Origin: Pseudomonadota bacterium
Lineage (GTDB): Bacteria > Bdellovibrionota > Bdellovibrionia > Bdellovibrionales > Bdellovibrionaceae
Assembly: GCA_041178425.1 (NCBI GenBank)
Contig: JBEGVH010000030.1
Coordinates: 64,001 to 128,000, forward strand
Length of the DNA: 64,000 nucleotides
Direction: 5' to 3'
Below are positions 57,526 to 64,000 of this stretch, piece by piece; positions within the stretch are counted from its first letter, which is position 1, and each line of letters begins with the position of its first letter. A model generated the notes under the pieces. That model did not search any database and was not told the DNA's origin. It was given only the letters and a program-made list of their open reading frames with translations. The position numbers and the translations under genes were made by a program.

Positions 57526-59859
57526 TTAAAATGGCTGCCCAATCATGAACTCAAAGTTCATTGGTGGGTGACGATCAGGGTTTCTCTTAAGAGGGAATCC
57601 CCATTCAAAACGCAAAGGTCCGATTGGAGAGAACCATCTAAAACCAAAACCAACATCGCTATAAAAGTTACTGTCTTCGAGGCTATCTTCTGCCTGACCG
57701 ATATCAAAAAATATCGCCCCTTTGATTCCCGCCTCAGCAATCAACGGAAATTCAAATTCAGTCATATAATAAAGCTGCCTTTGCCCGCCAAAGGGACGCC
57801 AAGCTAGCTTTTCCGCTTGATCGGCAGAGTAGCGACCCGTTCCCATCAAATAATCATATCGCTGTTGGGAACGCAGGTATTTACCCACCGAAAACATCGA
57901 GAATCCTCTAAGAGAAAAAGGACCTCCCAGTAAAAACAAATCATTAAATGGTGGCGCCTGCTGGTTCAGTGATTGTAGGTGACCGTAAACAAGATTGTTT
58001 CTCCAAACCACTTCCCAGAAGACTTTTTGAAAGTACCTCACCGAATTGATGCTCTTGATGTACTTTAAATCGCCCCCGAGGCCAGCCCTCTCCACCGACG
58101 TCGACAAAAACAACCCTTTTGATGGAGTGAATCGATCATCCCGCTTATCGTATTCGAGAGTTCCTGTGATTGAGCTCGTAACACCTGAGGCCGTCTCCAA
58201 GGGAAAAAGATCCGGATCGGTAAGACTTTTGCCAGTTTGGCTATCTGTTTTTCCGGACAAGAGCGTTTTATCGTAGCGATAACGCAAAACCCCGTTCACA
58301 TACTCACCTAAGGGATGACCCAACCGAGCGGCGCCACCGGTAATTTTTTGATCGAAGTCATCTCGAGTAGAAAGGCGTTGATAAAGATCTCCACCCATTA
58401 ACCAATCCGTGTCGTCATAATTGGGCTCGGTAAAATTTAAACTAAAATCAGTCACTCGTCTGTTGTGATTAAGTGAGGCCCCTAAACGCTGACCTTTACC
58501 TAAGAAGTTCGTTTCGTTCACCTGGCCTGTCATTGTGAACTTATCAATACTGCTATATCCCGCTCCCAACTGAATAGATCCAGTGTGCCGCTCTTTCACA
58601 ACAATATCGATATTCATTTGATCCGGCTTATTGGGAGGAGTGGAGTTTTTGAAATTCACTTCTTCGAAAAAACCAAGGCGCTGAATATTCTCGAGCGACT
58701 CTCTTTTACGAGATTCGTTGTAGAGCTCCCCCTCAGATATTTTCAGTTCCCGTCGAATAACTTTGTCGCGCGTCCGACTGTTTCCAATAACATTGATCTG
58801 ACCGAAATAAACTTTGCTTCCCTTATCGAACTCAAAAGTAATATCTACTTTTTTATTCTTCTCATCGACATTCGTACGCGGAATAACGTTAGCAAAGGCG
58901 TAACCCAAGTCGCCGTATTTAGCCTGAAGGGAACTCAAGTCTTTTTGCAAAACTTCGTAGGCAAAAGTATCTTTTTCATCGATCTTGATAATTTCGCTGA
59001 GTTCTTCTCTGGAAAAAAGAATGTCTCCTGCAAAATCAACCTCTCCTACGGCAAACTGCTCCCCCTCTTCAATACGAAAAGTGATATAAATACCCTTCTT
59101 GTCAGGAGTTACAAAAACCTGAGGCTTATCGACTTTAACCTGAACATAACCTTCGTTAAAATAAAGAAACTTTAGCAATTGAGAATCGCGCTCAAATGCA
59201 TCTTGCTTAAATGCCCCAGAGCCACTCATAAAGCTAAAAAAACCACCCTCTTGTGTGGCCATACGATTCTTTAGAAAACTATCTTTCAATTTATTGTTTC
59301 CTAAAATGCGAATTTTTTTAACTTTAACTTTATCGTTTTCCTGAATTTTAAAGGTCAGCTTTACTTTTTCACCAACGACGATATCTTCAATTTTTGCTTC
59401 AATCTTTGCCAGTAAAAACCCTTTTTCCTCAAAATACTTTTGCAGTTTTTCTTGAGCTTCACGAATTTTGTTTGGATTCAATATCTCAAAGGCCTTAATA
59501 GTAACTTGCTCTTTGAGGTCATCATCTTTGACGTCGGCGTTTCCAACAAATGCAATCTCAACAATTGTGGGCTTTTCCTTGACCCGATAGATAAGATCAA
59601 CAAATCCACCACTTTGTTGTTTTAACACTTCAACATCGTTAAAAAAACCGAGTGCGAATAGACTTTGTACGTCCGAACGCACTTGCTGAGAAGAATAAGT
59701 CTTACCTTCGGAAGAATTGATCTTTGCTTTTATGGCATCAATCTCAATCTTTTTTTGACCTTCGATAGTAATTTTACGAACGGTGAGCCCAGCCTCTTGG
59801 GCAGACGCAAAAAAACCGAGAAAAAATAAAAAACTCCAATATATGAAATACTTTACCAT
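57526..59859 (-). CDS. bamA: Outer-membrane protein assembly factor BamA
   Basis: POTRA repeats (GN.RT.DKVIRRE); LRGF motif; SPIGPLRF; C-terminal Phe. Confidence 0.97.
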   Translation of the reverse strand: MVKYFIYWSFLFFLGFFASAQEAGLTVRKITIEGQKKIEIDAIKAKINSSEGKTYSSQQVRSDVQSLFALGFFNDVEVLKQQSGGFVDLIYRVKEKPTIVEIAFVGNADVKDDDLKEQVTIKAFEILNPNKIREAQEKLQKYFEEKGFLLAKIEAKIEDIVVGEKVKLTFKIQENDKVKVKKIRILGNNKLKDSFLKNRMATQEGGFFSFMSGSGAFKQDAFERDSQLLKFLYFNEGYVQVKVDKPQVFVTPDKKGIYITFRIEEGEQFAVGEVDFAGDILFSREELSEIIKIDEKDTFAYEVLQKDLSSLQAKYGDLGYAFANVIPRTNVDEKNKKVDITFEFDKGSKVYFGQINVIGNSRTRDKVIRRELKISEGELYNESRKRESLENIQRLGFFEEVNFKNSTPPNKPDQMNIDIVVKERHTGSIQLGAGYSSIDKFTMTGQVNETNFLGKGQRLGASLNHNRRVTDFSLNFTEPNYDDTDWLMGGDLYQRLSTRDDFDQKITGGAARLGHPLGEYVNGVLRYRYDKTLLSGKTDSQTGKSLTDPDLFPLETASGVTSSITGTLEYDKRDDRFTPSKGLFLSTSVERAGLGGDLKYIKSINSVRYFQKVFWEVVWRNNLVYGHLQSLNQQAPPFNDLFLLGGPFSLRGFSMFSVGKYLRSQQRYDYLMGTGRYSADQAEKLAWRPFGGQRQLYYMTEFEFPLIAEAGIKGAIFFDIGQAEDSLEDSNFYSDVGFGFRWFSPIGPLRFEWGFPLKRNPDRHPPMNFEFMIGQPF

Positions 59860-59869
59860 AAGTGATGGG

Positions 59870-59899
59870 AGCGTATCTTGGATTGAAAAGGAATGTCAA
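59870..59899 (-). promoter_or_regulatory. Possible internal sigma70 promoter for bamA
   Basis: TTGACA-N18-TACGCT ending 10 nt before the bamA ATG; no clear SD. Confidence 0.3.
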
Positions 59900-59922
59900 A
59901 AAAAGGGTCTAAACACTTTGCA

Positions 59923-60645
59923 TCAAATACGTGTTTCGATTTCTCCGCTTACCGAGGAACCTTCTTCCCATCGACCATCCTGCATTCGCAAGACCCGCGG
60001 AAAACGCTCGGCAAATTTACTATCGTGAGTCACCACCACGAGGGTTACCTTCATTTGCTCCGCTAACTCAAAAAACAAATCCTGAATCATCAAACCGTTT
60101 TTGGAATCGAGATTTCCCGTTGGCTCATCTGCAAAAAGAATCTCAGGATCATTGACTAGAGCTCTCGCAATAGCCACACGCTGAGCCTCTCCGCCACTCA
60201 ACTGGCTTGGAAAGTGATGCAACCGATGCGACAAACCCATCTTATTTAAAAGAATGTCAGCTTTTTGCTTGGCCGCCTCGTGAGATAAGCCTCCCAATCG
60301 AGCAGGCAAGAGGACGTTTTCAAGAGCCGAAAACTCCGCCAGAAGATGATGAAATTGAAAAACAAAACCCAAAGATTTATTGCGATATCGCGCCAAGGCC
60401 TCATCACCGAGCTTAAAGATATTATTTGAACGAAATTGGACCTCTCCGGCATCTGGAGCATCCAATGCTCCAAGAATGTGCAATAGCGTGCTCTTACCTG
60501 CACCCGAAGCCCCAACAATACACAGTGCCTCGCTCCGCCGAATCTCGAGATCAACTCCCTTCAAAATGTGAAGCTGCCCCGCCCCCTGAGCGTAACTTTT
60601 ATGAAGACCTCGAGCTGTTAAGATTACTTCTTTCGCATCACTCAT
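59923..60645 (-). CDS. lolD: Lipoprotein-releasing ABC ATPase
   Basis: GASGAGKST, GFVFQFHHLL, LSGGE.QR and ADEPTGNLD. Confidence 0.93.
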   Translation of the reverse strand: MSDAKEVILTARGLHKSYAQGAGQLHILKGVDLEIRRSEALCIVGASGAGKSTLLHILGALDAPDAGEVQFRSNNIFKLGDEALARYRNKSLGFVFQFHHLLAEFSALENVLLPARLGGLSHEAAKQKADILLNKMGLSHRLHHFPSQLSGGEAQRVAIARALVNDPEILFADEPTGNLDSKNGLMIQDLFFELAEQMKVTLVVVTHDSKFAERFPRVLRMQDGRWEEGSSVSGEIETRI

Positions 60646-61858
60646 ACCTTAACCCCTCCACTGGCTTCAGCTCAGCTCCACGCCAAGCAGGTGCCAGTGT
60701 CGATATAAAACAAATTAACATCGTAACCAAAAAGATAGTAACCAAGTCACCCATTCGAATTTGCACGGCAATGCTATCGACATTATAAACACTACCATCG
60801 ATCACACCCATATTTTTTTGTAGCAAGACGAAAACTCCGCAGAAAACTAAGCCTAATAAAAAACCAAGAAAATTTCCAATCGCACCAATCAATAATCCCT
60901 GCGAGAAGAACACTCTCCTGATCCAGCGAGGAGTGGCTCCCATTGCTTTCAAAACTCCAATGTCAGAATAGCGCTGAACAACATTGATAAACAAAGTGCT
61001 AGAAATATTGAGCGCCGCAACGATGACCATAATCAGTAGCACAATAAATAAAATCGGTTTTTCAACTTTTACAGCTTCAAAGAGGTTATCATCTTCCCAG
61101 TCCTGCACCCAGTAATTGGGACCCAAATCGGCGCTTAGATCGAGCCCAAAAGAGCGAGCCCTCTGGCTATCTTTAATCTTCACCATCAACCCCAGGTATT
61201 TGCTTCCCAAGTCGGCGAACTCTTGCGCGTGCTTTAAATCAGCCACCAGATAACGTTCGTTGTATTGGTGCTTTCCTAAATCAACCACACCCATGACCTT
61301 GAACTGCCCCATTTTCCGCTTGAAATCGACCGGACGAAGATCGTTTGCAATGGGCATCACTAGCCTAAAAACATCGCCCACTCGGAGATTAAAATTATGA
61401 GCAAATCCCTTACCCACAACCACACCCATCACATCTTCTTCTTTTGTAAACTTATACTCACCTTCGATGATTCGCTTTCGAATTCCCAAGTGCTCGGAGG
61501 ATAATGCGGCATCAACCCCCTGTATGATAACTCCCTGAAGTCGCCCCTTGTGGGCCGCGACGGCCTCCACCATAACAAAGGGAACAGTTGCCGTTATATC
61601 TGGAACAATACTTTTTAACTTGGCTTCAAATTGATCTGGAGCTTCAACTTGTCGCCCTTGTTTAAAAACAACAAGATGCCCACGAACGTCGATAATTGCT
61701 TCTTTGAGTGTTGTTTCAAATCCGCTGATGACGGCCATGGCCACCATCATACTGGCAACACCCAAAATCAAACCAACAAAAGAAAACCAAGAGGCAATCC
61801 CTGCCTTTTTCTGACCTGAACGAAGGGTTCGAAAAGCAACCCAAACCCAAGGGCTCAC
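60638..61858 (-). CDS. Lipoprotein-releasing permease, LolC/LolE family
   Basis: 4-TM FtsX/MacB architecture; I.VLKAMGA; PA.R.A.L.PVE.LRYE; directly upstream of lolD. Confidence 0.9.
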   Translation of the reverse strand: MSPWVWVAFRTLRSGQKKAGIASWFSFVGLILGVASMMVAMAVISGFETTLKEAIIDVRGHLVVFKQGRQVEAPDQFEAKLKSIVPDITATVPFVMVEAVAAHKGRLQGVIIQGVDAALSSEHLGIRKRIIEGEYKFTKEEDVMGVVVGKGFAHNFNLRVGDVFRLVMPIANDLRPVDFKRKMGQFKVMGVVDLGKHQYNERYLVADLKHAQEFADLGSKYLGLMVKIKDSQRARSFGLDLSADLGPNYWVQDWEDDNLFEAVKVEKPILFIVLLIMVIVAALNISSTLFINVVQRYSDIGVLKAMGATPRWIRRVFFSQGLLIGAIGNFLGFLLGLVFCGVFVLLQKNMGVIDGSVYNVDSIAVQIRMGDLVTIFLVTMLICFISTLAPAWRGAELKPVEGLRYE

Positions 61859-62998
61859 GCTTTGGCCTCCGAAGCACTGGTTACGGCCGTCATTTGAGCT
61901 TTAAGATAAGCCATAATAAATCCGTCAATGTCTCCATCCATCACATCATCAACTTGAGAGGTTTCAAAGTCGGTGCGATGATCTTTCACCATATGATAAG
62001 GATGCATCACATAGGAGCGAATCTGACTTCCCCACTCATTGGCCATCTTTTGAGACTCCATAGCCTCTTTTGCTTGATTTCGGGCTTCGACTTCTTTTTC
62101 GTAAAGGGCCGCTTTTAGCATTTTAATAGCTCGCTCGCGGTTCTGAATTTGACTTCGTTCACTTTGACACTGAACAATTATGCCAGAAGGAATGTGAGTC
62201 ATACGAACGGCAGAATCTGTTCGGTTTACGTGCTGCCCTCCAGCGCCACCTGCTCGATAGGTATCAACTTTGACGTCTTCCATCTTGAGATCAATTTTAA
62301 TATCATCATCTACTTCTGCCCATGCAAAAACAGAAGCAAAGCTCGTGTGCCTTCTAGCATTAGAGTCAAACGGAGAAATGCGAACCAATCGATGAACGCC
62401 TGATTCAGCTTTTAAATAGCCATAGGCATAGGGACCCTGAATTTGAATCGTCACCGATTTGATTCCAGCTCCTTCACCCTCGGTCATCTCTAAAATTTCA
62501 GTGGAATAGCCATGATTCTCGGCATAACGCAGGTACATTCTCATGAGCATAGATGCCCAGTCACAAGACTCTGTCCCGCCGGCCCCAGAATTAATCGTCA
62601 AATAAGTGCCATTCGCATCTAGCTCGCCACTCAACACTCGCTTTAACTCAAGATCTCTGCCTACTTTTTCAAGAGAGCCAACTTCAGTCTTTGCCTCTTG
62701 AAAAGTGGCCTCATCCTGCGCTTCAAAGGCCATTTCTAATAGAACCTGAACATCTTCTACACGATTATGAAAGCTTTGATATTCTTCGACAGCTTTTTCT
62801 AGAAAGGCTTTTTCCTTGTTAAGCTTTTGCATCTCTGCTGGCTTATTCCAAAGATCAGGATTCTCCGCGGCCAAGGCTATTTCCTGTAGTCGACGTTGCT
62901 TTTTATCAACGTCAAAGATACCCCCGAATTTCGGTAGTTAATTCTTTTAGTTTGGTGATTTTCATTTTAATTTCATAAGATTCTGTGACTAAAGACAC
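61855..62998 (-). CDS. prfB: Peptide chain release factor 2 with programmed +1 frameshift (28 codons from GTG 62998, then frame of 62913-61855; about 380 aa)
   Basis: SPF and GGQ motifs; AGGAG RBS; upstream frame ends RGYL-stop at GGGGG-TAT-CTT-TGA-C. Confidence 0.97.
62911..62926 (-). promoter_or_regulatory. RF2 autoregulatory +1 frameshift site (internal SD-like GGGGG plus CTT TGA C)
   Basis: Minus strand CGGGGGTATCTTTGAC closely matches the canonical AGGGGGTATCTTTGAC. Confidence 0.95.
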
Positions 62999-63059
62999 GA
63001 CGAACTCCTAATCTAAAAAGCCTCTCAAGAATGCATCAAGTCCAAGGACGAGACAAATC

Positions 63060-63503
63060 TCAATTCCAAAACTTGCGACACAGCTTATCAAAGATATCGT
63101 CTTGCAACTCAAACATGAGTCGAGCCTCTTTTTTGCTCCGCTCATGATCAAAACCTAAAAGATGCAAAACCCCATGCAGAAGCATATAACCTAATTCTTG
63201 CTGAAAAGAGAGCGAATGCTCAATAGATTGTCTTTTAACCACTTCAGGACAAATCACTAATTCGCCGAGAACTCCGGGAACGCCTCCATCAAAACTCAAT
63301 ACGTCGGTGGCATAATTTTTATTTCGGAATTGCAGATTCAATTTTTTTGCGGGCCCAGACGACATAAAAACAATTGTCAGCTCCTGAGGCCTGCGGCCTA
63401 AGATTTTTCTCTTTATTAATTCAGATTCCACCGCCCTCAACCACGCATTGATAAATAATCTCGGCATTCGCGTTGATGAAGTATTGATGAGATTAAAGTT
63501 CAA
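63060..63503 (-). CDS. ybeY: Endoribonuclease YbeY
   Basis: LN.QFR.K.YATDVLSF, LGE..I and HG.LHLLGFDH. Confidence 0.95.
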   Translation of the reverse strand: MNFNLINTSSTRMPRLFINAWLRAVESELIKRKILGRRPQELTIVFMSSGPAKKLNLQFRNKNYATDVLSFDGGVPGVLGELVICPEVVKRQSIEHSLSFQQELGYMLLHGVLHLLGFDHERSKKEARLMFELQDDIFDKLCRKFWN

Positions 63504-63651
63504 AGAACCCCCTCGACAGACAATCCTATTCGAATCTTTATGATGGCATTTTACTTGAAAACTTCTACTAAATCCACTCCAACCTCAAATTAGTTGCCGC
63601 CGCCAACTAAGGTTATTAAATTAAAGTCGAAAAACATTGGAGATACCTCTT

Positions 63652-64000
63652 ATGAATAAGTTAGTATTGGTCACCGGTGCAACCTCTGGATTTGGAAATG
63701 GTTTGGTCAAGAAACTTCTCGAGAGGGGATGCAGAGTCATTGCCACAGGACGAAATCTATCTCATCGACCAGATATTTTCTCAGAAGAAAGAAGTAGATT
63801 TAGTCATGCCCTCCAGGAATTAGACCTCGATGTCACCATCAGCGCTGAAAGAATAAAAGCGGTGGAGTTTGCCGAAAAGATGGGTGGCATCGACGTATTG
63901 ATTAATAATGCGGGCTACGGTCTTTTTGGCCCTCTCGAGGATGCTAGCGACTCAAAGATGCGAGATCAATTTGAGGTCAATTTTTTCGGGCCAGCCCAAC
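63652..64000 (+). CDS. Short-chain dehydrogenase/reductase (truncated by the window end)
   Basis: Manual translation MNKLVLVTGATSGFG...IDVLINNAGYG...FEVNFFG; GGAG RBS. Confidence 0.9.
   Translation, partial: MNKLVLVTGATSGFGNGLVKKLLERGCRVIATGRNLSHRPDIFSEERSRFSHALQELDLDVTISAERIKAVEFAEKMGGIDVLINNAGYGLFGPLEDASDSKMRDQFEVNFFGPAQ

Noticed and set aside
61855..62998. prfB as a pseudogene or sequencing frameshift
   Set aside because: The stop lies within the canonical programmed frameshift motif.

Overview
This is a 64 kb gene-dense bacterial chromosomal segment. Gene content (Agl-Glt gliding locus, FHA-sigma54 activator, CheA-like PAS-Hpt kinase, gnnA-like gene in the lipid A cluster) is most consistent with a Bdellovibrionota-type predatory bacterium; this is an inference, not a database result. 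Most genes are on the minus strand. From left to right: a single-operon Agl-Glt gliding locus headed by kdsC; a plus-strand two-gene cassette between kdsC and kdsD encoding a secreted protein with a 48-aa Tyr/Trp-rich tail and a propeptide-less S8 subtilase, with two structured non-coding elements; kdsD, pyrG, kdsB, engB; a sigma54 activator with its own -24/-12 promoter; FliL-like protein, lipoprotein, ABC-F, polA, metH, metF; a CheW-less CheA-like kinase; 2-oxoacid dehydrogenase E1 alpha/beta with a methyltransferase; prc, topA, HAD hydrolase, tex, infA; lpxD; a kexin-like S8 protease with a likely external chaperone; and the envelope cluster (GT9, DUF3108-like, lpxL, lpxK, lpxB, gnnA, lpxA, fabZ, skp, bamA, lolD, lolC/E) preceded by prfB (programmed +1 frameshift) and ybeY. 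A truncated SDR gene ends the window. I saw no rRNA, tRNA, CRISPR array or transposase. The best candidate for an undescribed system is the Tyr/Trp-rich precursor plus S8 protease cassette at 10.9-13.4 kb.
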